From Podarcis erhardii (Eukaryota), in NCBI GenBank assembly GCA_964252035.1, contig OZ176205.1: a stretch of DNA of 64,000 bases; one strand, given 5' to 3'. Position numbers and translations under genes: made by a program. Shown here piece after piece: positions 36,501-48,500 of the stretch (its first letter is position 1; every line of letters starts with the position of its first letter). The notes beneath the pieces are model-generated. The model was not told the origin of the DNA. It made no database searches and saw nothing but the letters and a program-made list of their open reading frames with translations.

Positions 36501-39500
36501 CATTGAACTATAGTTTATTTTAACTACAGTTTAATATGATGTGTGAATCAGATCACCGCATCTCTTTGTTGAAGGTTCCACTTGTTGATAATATGCTTTC
36601 CAGGTCTTCATTGGGTGATGGTGACTCTAAATGTATCCTCCAAGGCACCAGAAAAGGATGCAGTTATAATGCCTCTCACTCAGATATTTCACTGGTTCTC
36701 TTGCTCACTCTCCTCATTCACCTACTAACCCTGGCAGACAGGAGGAAGAGAATGGCCCAGGAGATTTGAACAGAGTGGGGAAGGGTGTGTTGGATGCACA
36801 GTGGCTGCATCCTGAGAACATTAGCCTGTGAAAAGTAAATCACTGAACAATGTAAGATAAAGGCGGCGGTGGGGGGAACAGTCGCAAAATCTATTATTTA
36901 AACAGACGGTATGCTATGTAACATATATTATAAAGATACACTGAGTTTGTTGAGTTCTTAAAGCAGTTTAATATTCAACTCCAAATTATTTACCTTGCTC
37001 TGTTTGCTTCTTTTGTCATATCCCATGCCCAGGTTATGAAGTTCTGACTAAGGTAGGAGACAATAGATTCGGCACAAAGCATTTGAGAACAGAACACGTT
37101 GGTTAGCACACTTTCATCATGGTGGAGGTAGACAGCAAGCAGCTTTCTCTGAAAAACAGGGGGGGGGGAGAGTGTTAGCATGATATTTTGATTTATTTGC
37201 CCACCACCACCACAACTTTTAGATATAAGTGAAATTTCTGTCTCAGCCCTAACCAAATATTTTGGAGGCATCCTATTGATATTGCTGCAACATCCTTTCA
37301 ACAATCTCAGCACCCAGCACTCCGCTGCTGCTTCCACAGAAACAATTCTTTGTTTAATGGTATTTGGAGAGAAAGTGAATTACTCTATTCTTGCGATCAA
37401 GAACCCATGGCCAAAATGTTTATTAAAGAACATTTTTTTCTACAGAAATAATAATGTTGTGACTATTATATAAAAAGAAGAAAAGCCAAAATTGAATTTA
37501 GAATTTAATCAGTTGCAAATACTTACTACTGTACAACCAATAGCTGATTTTAATGCAATGGCATTAGGATAGGAGGTTTACTATACATTAGGGAGAGGGA
37601 GAAATAAACAAGGGATGTAGCACCACATTTCCTTTTGTGCACAGCAACACACACACACACAAAATGGATCTAGGGAAATTGTGTATTCAAAACTTTCTCT
37701 GGATCTGGGGCAAAATCTCTCATTTACTTGGGTTGTAGTCCTATGCAAAAAGCATTCCTATGCAAATTAATCCCTGATTCCCAGGCCACATGGATAAAAT
37801 TATATTGTGCATTGGGTAACATCCATCTGTTCACAAAAGGGACAGAGACCCAGCAGAAAGGGGTGAGGCAAGGCAAGGCAATTTCCCCTTCCCCAAGCAG
37901 CTCACAATGCTACCTTCCACACTGTTCTGCAGGGTACCCAACTCTGGAGCAGCATGGGGGCTATATGGGAAAATTGCCTCACCCACCACTAACCCCTCCA
38001 CCCAAACTCCATTCATGGAAAGTCTCAATCTAACAGAGTATATTTATCTCATAACAACACTGATTTTTGTTTCAATATCCTTTTTAAACTAACTAAATTG
38101 TTGAGTTTACTGTAAGTTTAATGATGTTACTCAGCACACTATGCTGTTGCTTTGTTTTACCCAACATCTCAGGGGAAATTGATAACTATCAAATTGTCTA
38201 GATTCTGAATTACGTTTGAAAATACAGTAGCTGATATAAAAAGAAAACTCACCCAAAAAAATTCTGAGACCACACAACTCATAGCATGGAAATGTTATAT
38301 AAAATTTTACAACATAAAATTTTATTCATTTACAGTTTAGATAAACCTAAGGATTAATTTCAAAGGTAGTTTCAAATCGTAATTTCATAGGTAGTTTTGT
38401 ACTGCTGGCAGTTTCACAAGAAGCATTATTCCAGGAGGCTGCAGTGGCAAAGCCCACCATAGAAAGATGAGGTATAGTTCCGTTCCTAATATTTCAGCTT
38501 CTGTAGACAACAGACAAATTTAACTGAAACTTATTAAAATATTGTCCTGTAAATAAGCCCGAAAACATTACCAACCTGCAACTTTTTTCAACTAGACTAA
38601 GAAAGTAGGAGCCTGTATTTCCATGGTGGAAATGTGGGCTTCGTTTTGTAAGTGCCTTCTACCAAATGGACTGATGTGGGGAAGATGTTTTGCTGGCTCC
38701 AGAAGAAGTGAATCCCATTCATCTGCTGCCAGCATGGGAACCAAGTGGGTTGGTGGAGCAGGGATGGCCTTGTCCACCAGTCTGCTCAATTACCTTACAG
38801 CCTATGGCTACCAGGCAAGCTGTTCCAACATACGGCTATTAAACTGCTTCTTCTTTAAGAGACACGAGTAATAATGAGCAAGCATCTTTCATGAAAACTA
38901 CTGTCTTTTTATGATACATTCAAATCCGCCCCTCAAGGAATTGGCCAAGATGCAATTAGCTCAACACATAATGTGGGTTCTGAAATTGTGTTTCTGGAAC
39001 ACATTTTAAAAACAGTTTGCAATATGGCAAGAGGCAGGGGTTATAGGGAGTAAGAAATAGCACTGGGTATACCCAAAGTAACTCTTTGGATCAGAGCCAA
39101 TGTATTTAACCAGCTAAAAATTGCCAGTTAAAAAGAAATATGTTGAATGCATAGAAACATCTGTTCTAACAACATATTCATTTTAAATCAGCACATTTAT
39201 AAAATACAGAGTTTGTGTAAGTCCTCAAAATCAATTTTAAAAGTATAAAACATTTCAACAGTAGACTTTGGAAAAGGGATTAGACATTTACATTAATGTT
39301 TGTCCGCTTTAATTTAAAAAGTGATTCAAAACCAAGTACACATGCACCAGAAAAGGCCACCAATAAGCCTAACATGCACAGTTCCATATAAGTGCAGCCA
39401 ACAATGTTGACTGAAACTAAACTTGAAAATCCAGGGCACTAATGCACAATATCAGGCAATAAAACAGCATCTCAGTGGTGATATTTAATTTAAAAAAGAA

Positions 39501-42500
39501 GAAAGAGGCAGGAGAAGATCAGGCACTGTCTGTTTTGGAGGATCAGCCATTCTGCATTTCAAAGCGTGGATCTCTGCAATATCCAGGTTACTGTGCTAGA
39601 ATCTCCACTATTATATAGCAGTTGTAAGAGAGGGAGGGCAAAGATGTGTTTACTCAGTGATTAGGGCCNNNNNNNNNNNNNNNNNNNNNNNNNNNNNNNN
39701 NNNNNNNNNNNNNNNNNNNNNNNNNNNNNNNNNNNNNNNNNNNNNNNNNNNNNNNNNNNNNNNNNNNNNNNNNNNNNNNNNNNNNNNNNNNNNNNNNNNN
39801 NNNNNNNNNNNNNNNNNNNNNNNNTCATTATTTTTTCCACAAGGAAACTTTAGGAAAGTGTTTAGTTAGAGAAAAACCCACATTGACCTCTCCCTAAACC
39901 CTTAATCTTTCCTTTGTGGTGGGACTGCTTTGTGGTAAGCGGATGGCTTTGCTCTCCTCTTTTCATTGGGAGCAGAGAAAAAAAGGCTCTTGAGAAACTC
40001 CTTTCGTCCCAAAGAAACAACCCCATGAAACTGTTAAATATAAGATTCCATGTGAATGAACTTTCCAAAATATGTACAGTTTAAAGCTAGGAGTTGAGGC
40101 CAAATACTAGAAAACAAGGCAGGTGCACACTTTAGCATATGTAAATTAGGAAATGTCCAAAAATATTTAACTACCCCCATTTATCGATCGAAATGCCATT
40201 TGGATTTCAAATTCAGATCATTCAGTTTGGCCATTTCTGGCACGAAGTAGAATCATATTCAGTCTCTTGGCTAAAGATGCCTTGGATTAAAAATATATAT
40301 ATACTAGAGTAGTAAAGATCCAAAAGTACTCTGGGAAGGAAATGACTACCAAATCTCAAAACTTCTAATTTACCAACATTAATAACATTTTCATTTAAAA
40401 TATACAGGCAACATTTAGCAATAGTATGTGTAATGATTTGAGTCTGTTTTTTTCCTAATACCAAGAAACCTTGCATTTGCTACGTTTCTACAAAAGAATC
40501 AATTAAAAACGAATCCGCACAAACTGTTTTGGATGAAGCAGCAGCGAAATCGTAAAACACGAGAAGAAACCATCAATCAAAATGCTGAGTGGTCTTGAGG
40601 AGGTTAGCTTTTCAGTGACCAAACTCCTTAGCAAAGTTCCCGGGAATGTATTAAGATAATAGGAGCTTTGTCCCTTTAGATCTTCCTCTGTGAGGAAGTG
40701 AGGTAACAAGATTACTAAAAGGGCATTATCTGGAGAAAGTATTACTTGGAAGTGACACCACTATTTAATTCTGAGGAAGATTTTTCTTAAAAGCACCTGA
40801 GCTAGCCGCCAAAATCCAAATGGCTAACAATGTGATTTGGGGGCCTAGCTTTTGAAAATCCTACCTGAGCTGTTGGCTTGAGTGAGTGAGGCTTAAAACA
40901 TGCCTAAATTCTCTTAAATTCTGTTTGGTTAATTTTGGTTTGTTTATTTATTAAAATTATATTTAAGAGAAAAATTGAGAAATTACCATGGTTCAGTCAT
41001 TAAATATCAGATATTAGTATCTGGAATGATCTCTTTCCCTAGTGCATTGTTTCCTTTGGCAGACTTGCTTCAGAAAAGCACTTAATTTTTCAACCCAACA
41101 ATCCTAAAAGGCAGAATATGCCACCATTTGAAATATATAGGCAGGTATCCCTTAATTTTGAAATGCTAATTGCTTCTGAATGTAGGCGAAGCTTGTTAAG
41201 AATTATAAATTATTCTTAAATCCAGTTTAATTTTCTGATCTTGCATTTGCAGCTATCCCCCCCCCACTTCCTTCCATCAGTCTTAAGAAACCAAAGAATA
41301 AAGGGTATTAATAATAAGGTATTTAGTCATCAGCCCAAGAACAGACCAGAATGACAGATAACATCGGAACAGAATAACAAAACAACTTTAATATCCACAT
41401 TTTTCATTGTTTGTGGTCAAATCTCTTTTTAATTTTAAGTACAAAAGTATGTAAGACTTGTTTTATATTAAATAAAAAATATGTATGGGGTGTTCTGTTG
41501 CAGAATAACTATGTGGCCAATAAGGACTCTGTAGTCCTTAATTTGGTACCCTGTGCTAGAGAAAGGTAGCAACTGTGAGAAGATGAGCTCTGCACATGCG
41601 AAGGGACAGCTAATTTGCTTGCATTATTGAAAGAAATGGGAAAGCTTGCTTAAATATCACAAATGCACGCTCACAAATGCACATGCATGGACTTCTAAAC
41701 CAGAGACAAAAACCTAATTAATCAACACCAAATATTATTTTTTGCTAGGGGATGTATGACCCTATTCAAAACAGGCTACTGACCAATTATCTGGACTCAA
41801 GACCCAACAACCCACAGGGCTTCCATCTTGCCAGTTGACTGGCCTTTATCTAGCCCATCACTGAGTCCTAGCATCAGCCCAAGGATTGCACAGCCTCTTG
41901 ATTTGGCTATTTCAGATAAAAAGAGCTGGGTATCAGCAGCATATTGTTGACATTTCCCCCAAATAGCCAAATGATTGCTTTCAATGGCTTTATATGGGTG
42001 ATAAACAACATTAGGGACAAGATGGTACCCCACAGCACCCCAAGTCCCAGGGTGCCAAAAGACAATCACCCAACTGAAAATGACCCAACACCTTCAATAT
42101 CTATCCCACCAAATCAGCTTGGAAGGATACCATGGTGGATGATATCAAAAGCCACTGAGAGATTAAGTAAAAATAACAGGTTTGCACTCTGCCTGTCCTT
42201 TTCCCAATAAAGGGAGTGACTAAGGTCAATTTAGTCTTATAACTAGGCCTAGATCCAGATTGAAATGGGTCAAGATAATCTGTTTCATCCAAGAGTACCT
42301 GCAACTGTTGAGAAACAACCCTCTCAATCACCTTCTCTAAAAAGGGAGTATTTGTGACCAGGCAGCAGTTGTCACAGACCACTAGGAAAAGCATAGGCTT
42401 TTTCAGGTTTCAGGTAACATGTTTGAACGATAATAGTCTTTTGGGAAAAGGAATTGCAGTGCTCAGCCAGGATCTGTAGGTGGTACTGAAGACCACGTTG

Positions 42501-45500
42501 TTGCTGACTTGATTTGAAATCTTTTGTTTTTAACTTTAGACCTAAATGTTTGCATTTAAAGTAGGGTGTTGTTGTATTTTACAGTACCATCCACATTGCT
42601 AGGCAAGCAGAGCCCAAGCAGACCAGAGTGCAGGAGCCTGCAGTTTAGTGTCCAGGCCCTGAAAGCCAGAGAGGTGAGCAAACCGGCTTTCCCAGGCCCA
42701 GGGAGCCTGAGGGGGGCAAGGGAAGGAAGGAGAAGAGGGAAAGCCCCATCACACAAGTTGTAGTACTTGCACAAGGCTTCTGCTGACAGGGCTGCTTAGG
42801 TGGATCTTCTCTCTCAAATGTTATTTCTCCACATGCCATTCAACATGGTTTCACACAGCCATTTTTAGCTCACATTTAATATTATGAAGTAGAACTAGGC
42901 AGCTGATAATTTCAGCACATTTAAAAATCGGAAGTACACAGATGAGTAAATTTGATAACCATCTTGGTGAATCATTTTCAGCATCTAGATCTAAAGAACA
43001 CATGATGAAGAATACTCAAAACCAAGCAATAATTTCATCACCCCCGCAAAAAAAAACCCCAGTCTAAACCAATTAAGCATTTAGGATCAACCAAAGATTC
43101 AGAAACTTTGTAAAATAAGGATAACTAAATCTGTTTTAACTAAGAGCACTGGTTTGCATAAATGTAGCCCTTTGCTTTCTCCTCTGTGGTGACGTAAACA
43201 CTCTTTTTAAAATATGATGCTACCTCATACTGAGTGAAGTAACCAGGTCCACCTAGACCACTACTCTGCTTGAACTACCAGCACCTATCCACAGTTTCAG
43301 GTAGAAGTATTTCCCAACCCTGCCACCAGAGTCATTTAAGCGGAAATCCCAAGGATTGAACTGGGAATCTTCTGCATGCAGAACATGAGCTCAGCTGAAA
43401 CACAAACACTCAACACACTTTTTACAAAATGTGTGACATCTCTGAGCTGCTTTACAGCATTTGGCCTACATTCATAATCATTTTAGACTTGAAAATTAAT
43501 GCAGTTTCTTAATATTTTCATAGTAAAATTTCAACACACTTGCATTGTGATTACCATTTTGACCAGCTTTTGTATAAGTATCACTTTCATAAAATGCTTG
43601 AAGTATTGCAAAATATATTACATGAACAGTATATATGAATATTTTTGTTTGACCTATGAAATACACAAAATAAATTTGGATTTTCTGCCCATGGGCTAGG
43701 TTGGCTGTGCATATGGATTGAGTTATTCTTATCTATTCTAACCACTCACCTCCAAGCAATGTGTGTGGCCTCAAACAAATCATGTTGGCCACTGTGTTTA
43801 TTTCAGTAAGTTGACGTGAAGCATTACAGATGCCAATAGGTAATGTTTCCCTCTATCCACCTCAGGATTTGACTCGTAATTGATTCTCCCATCTGGTATT
43901 TCAGCAGGAAAGCTTTGCGATTTAATTAATAATTTCAAAGCTTGAGTTCACTTTTGCTGGAGTTGCAATATCATGATATTAGAATATTTTGCATCAGAAT
44001 ATTTGTTAAAAGAGATGCTGGAATTATTAAAGGTACAGTACTTCTTGCTTGCAGTTAAACATTCCAGTATTTTTATTTTGGAAATGTTATCAGACTGTCA
44101 GACAGGCCTATTCCTTTAGCAATTAAAATGCTGCAAAAAGTAAAGCTACAAAATCTGAGAACAGTATGGAGACAGAAATTTTATTGCAACAGCAACAGTG
44201 AAACACATTTTTCACATCTGTTTCATCATCAATCAGTGATCACCTTAATACACTTTCGGAGCATACAGAAGGTTTGCTGAATTCCAGATTTTGTTATCTG
44301 AATGGCTTATGGCACCTGGATGGTAGCAATATGGACCCCATTATGATTATTTGGCTCATCAAATTATGGATATAGAGGATATGATTCTGCTTTGGATGTA
44401 AAGAAAACAGAAAAAATTGTATGAAAATAGGAAAACATTTACAGTATATAATAGCCATATTCAAGTATCTAAAGGGCTGCCACATGGAAGATGGAACATA
44501 TTTTTCTCCTGCTCTGGAGGGTAGGACTCAAACCAATGGATTCAAGTTACAAGAAAGGAGTTTCCGACTAAACATCAGGAAGTACTTTCTGACAGTAAGA
44601 GCCATTCAACAGTGGAACAGACTCCCTTGGGAGGTTGTGGAGTCCCCTTCCTTGGAGGTTTTTAAGCAGATGTTGGATGGCTATCTGTCAAGAATGCTAT
44701 AGTTGAGATTCCTGCATTGCAAGGGGTTGGACCAGATGACTCTGGGGGTCCCTTCAAACTCTGAAATTCTACAGTTCTATGATTAATTTTTGATCTTAGA
44801 TAATCCAGGGACACACTCTTGGCTTCCCAATAAAATTGTAATAGTGTGTACTTGTGGAAAAATGTTTCAGTTTGTGTTCTTCCTTTTCTGCATAGTTGCT
44901 AGAAATTAAGAGGGGGTGCTCTTAATTTGTTCCCAAGGCAAAAGCTAAGGGGAATAGATTTCGGATCTGAGAATATGTTGTGGGGGGGACTAAGTGGGGG
45001 AAATTAAATTAAATTAAATTAAATTTAAAAAGGCCAATTGAGAGTTAGCTTGCTCAGTGGACATTAAATGCGGTTGGCAAGGTAGAAAGCTGGTGGGAAT
45101 AGAGTATCCTGGAGGGAGATAGTGAACAAAATAGTGTTACAGGGTCCCACTTGTATAACTGTGCTCATAAATCCAGGCAGTGATGTAATCAATTTTATCT
45201 GCTGGAAGATGCTTTTCCCAAAAGCATTTATGAAGCATGTAAGGGTTCAATCTGAATTCGGTAACTAACCGGCCTGAAGCTGAATCCCAACATGGAAACA
45301 TTGTGGGTGAGTGTTCTCAGGTTTGGGGATGAGGTTGCACTACCCCCTAAAGGAGCAGGTATGCAGTTTAGGGATACTCTTTGATCTACCATTGCCACTC
45401 GAGGCCCAGATGGCCTCCGTGTCCCAAAGTTCACGTTGCCAGCATTGCTGGTTCATAGGCGGCAATTCCTTGTGGACAGGGATAGCTTAGCTATGGTGAT

Positions 45501-48500
45501 TTATGTTCTGGTAACCTCCTGGCTAGATTATGTGTGGCTGCCATGAGATGCCTTGGAAGCATCAGTCAGTGCGTACCTTAGCTGCTAGAATTTTGACGAG
45601 TACAGCAAGAGTCATTCAATATTACTGCTATTTTGAAATATCTACACTAGCTGCTTGTTTGCTTTAGAGCCCAATTTCAAGTGCTGGTGCTTCCTTTTAA
45701 AGCCATAAATGGTTTGGACCTGAAGGTGTTCCTCTTTCTCTACTAGCCTATCCCTGTTTTCGGATCTTCTGGAGAGGCTCTGTTCCAAGTACCCTATTAA
45801 GCAGACATATGCTAAGCTTCCACAGAGGACACATTTTTTTTCTGTGGTGGTGCCCAACCTTGGAATGCCATCTGTAAAGAGGCACACCTAGCACTGAAAT
45901 TACAATATTGTTGGCACCAATAGACCTTCCTATCTGCTCTTGCATCTTTGAACCTGGCAGTAGCATATGGCAGGCATGCACATATATAAGAAATGTGAAA
46001 AGATAACTCATTTATAATAGCCATAACTTACAGATCATTTAAAGATGGATTTAGTTAAATTCATGTTTGAATTAGTACACCTACAGTATTCTATAACATA
46101 CCAACAATAAACTAGGCAGAAATAAACTTAGTTCATATGTGTTTTTCAAAGAACTATATAGGTATCACTAAGGCTTCTAACATGAATTCCTTTTTTGTAA
46201 TTTTTATTAAATTTTCAAATTTCCATTATAGCCATCCATTCAACAACTTTCCTCCCTACCCTACCCTTCCAAGGTTCTTTTAGTTTGTCCACCATTCCGA
46301 CATATTTTTGTAAATCCATCAAATTCATTTTCCCATCTTACATTCCTTTTAAATATGTTATACTGTTGAAATTACCTTAATACTGACACCATTTTCAACT
46401 GTACACAATTATTTTCAGCAAAAATTTCCCACTCCTCTTTAAATACCTGTTCTTCTTGCTCTCTTATTCTACTTGTTAGACCTGCTACCTCTGCATATTC
46501 TATCATCTTAAGTTCCAATACTCCTTGCTATGGACCTCCCTCACCTTCAATTTTTGAGCTAACAAGATCTGAGCCGACGTTGTTGCATACATTAAGAATG
46601 TTTTTCTAACACCTGGGTACCTTTGTCTGAACCATTCCTAACAGGAATGCCTCTGGGGTTTTTTGGGAATGTTGTTCTAAACTTTTTTTTTTATCTCATT
46701 ATATATCATTTCCCAATATTCTTTAACTTTTTTGCATGCCTACCACATATGGAAAAAGTTCCTTTCATTTATTTAGATTTCCAACACAAATCTGATTCCG
46801 CTTATACATCTTAGCCAGTGTTCGAAACTCCCATTATTCGAGGTGCATTTTCTGGCAAGGAATTTCATTAGTGTGAGCAGTTTCTGAGCTCTGGGAGCAG
46901 TACTATGCCTAATTCAGATTAAAACTGCAGAGTGGAAGGAAAGGACGATCTTTTTATGCCTTCCCACTTCCAGTCACTCTCTGGAAAAGAAAGCCTCTTA
47001 AGAAAATTGGGGGGTGGACAGGGGAAAGACTAGACCATGTGAAAAATGAACATAATATTTTGGCTGCAGTTCATTCATTTTAAGCCTTGTATTCTTGTTA
47101 TAAGACAAAAAATTCAGTAGTTGCGCCCATGACCTAGGTTTAAGGTGCCATTTAGCTTCTAGCTTTCATATGTCAGTTTCTAACACTGATCTTAGTCTAC
47201 TTGGGGTTAGATACCATCTATGAATCATTTTCATGTATTCTCTTTCAACGTGTAGCATGCAGTTAATTTCAGATCTTTCTTCCATAGTTTCTCCCAGAGG
47301 TTTAGTTCTATATTATAGGTAAAGCTAAAGGGACCCCTGACCATTAGGTCCAGTTGTGGCCGACTCTGGGGTTGCAGAGCTCATCTCGCTTTATTGGCCG
47401 AGGGAGTCGGCGTATAGCATCTGGGTCATGTGGCCAGCATGACTAAGCCGCTTCTGGAAAACCAGAGCAGCGCACGGAAACGCCGTTTTACCTTCCCTCC
47501 AGAGCGGTACCTATTTATCTACTTGCACTTTGAGGTGCTTTCGAACTGCTAGGTTGGCAGGAGCAGGGACCGAGCAACGGGAGCTCACCCCATCGCGGGG
47601 ATTCGAACCGCCAACCTTCTGATTGGCAAGTCCTAGGCTCTGTGGTTTAACCCACAGCGCCACCCGCGTCCCAACGTTCTATATTATACCCTATATCAAT
47701 TGCCCAGTGGGTCACCGAGGCTTTAACCAGCTTGTCTTTTGTTTCCCATTCCAATAATTGCTTATACATTTTAGACAATAATTTTTCATTATTCTGCAAT
47801 AACTCTCTTTCAAATTGTGAGCTTTTCTCCAAAATTCAATTTTTCTTATCTAGTTTAAACATATCATATAATTCAGGGGCCAGCAAACATTTTCAGCAGG
47901 GGGCAGGTCCACTGTCCCTCAGAACTTGTGGGGGGGCCGGACTATATTTTGAAAAAATAATAATGAACGAATTCCTATGCCCCACAAATAACCCAGAGGT
48001 ACATTTTAAATAAAAGCACACGTTCTGCTCATGTAAAAACACCAGGCAGGCCCCACAAATAGCCCAGAGATGCATTTTAAATAAAAGGACACATTCTACT
48101 CATGTAAAAACACGCTGAATCCTGGACCGTCTGTGGGCTGGATTTAGAAGTTGATTGGGCTGGATCCGGCTCCCAGGCCTTAGTTTGCCTACCCATGGTA
48201 TAACTGATAATACTGTAACCAATCAGTAACTTGGTTCTGCTTCTAACATGAATGTTAGGAAGGATAAATTATGAGAGAGTCACAATATGTATGCAGGAGA
48301 AGACAATCTTTTTGAAATTGGGAAATAACACATTTTCAGTAACTATCTTTTAAAAAAGAGATCACAATGTCTCTTCATAAATAAATAAATAAATAAGCAA
48401 GCAAGCTACTACTTGTATACCAAGTACATAAGAAAAGTACAATTTCTGATAACCAGAACCTTTCATTAACTTTCTATTTTATTCATAGAGAGAGAGAGAG

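Larger units (their letters stand above)
46188..48238 (-). mobile_element. 5'-truncated L1 (ORF2 C-terminus + 3' UTR) with 15-bp TSD, split by three insertions
   Basis: GCTTCTAACATGAAT at 46173-46187 and 48239-48253. The minus-strand pieces read colinearly, with frameshifts: TDWLQYYQL|YDMFKLDKK..EKSSQFERELLQNNEKLLSKMYKQLLEWETKD...WAIDIGYNIE|LNLWEKLWKKDLKLTAC...MIHRWYLTPSRL|AKMYK...VKEYWEMIYNE...PEAFLLG...KMIEYAEVAGLTSRIREQEEQVFKEEW. Confidence 0.88.

Noticed and set aside
46195-46210. Sense-strand AATAAA at the L1 3' end as an intronic polyA site
   Set aside because: AATAAA is very frequent in these AT-rich introns, and nothing in the sequence singles this one out without 3'-end data.
47599-47672. 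tRNA gene
   Set aside because: The A and B boxes belong to the tRNA-derived head of the Sauria SINE; I see no complete cloverleaf.
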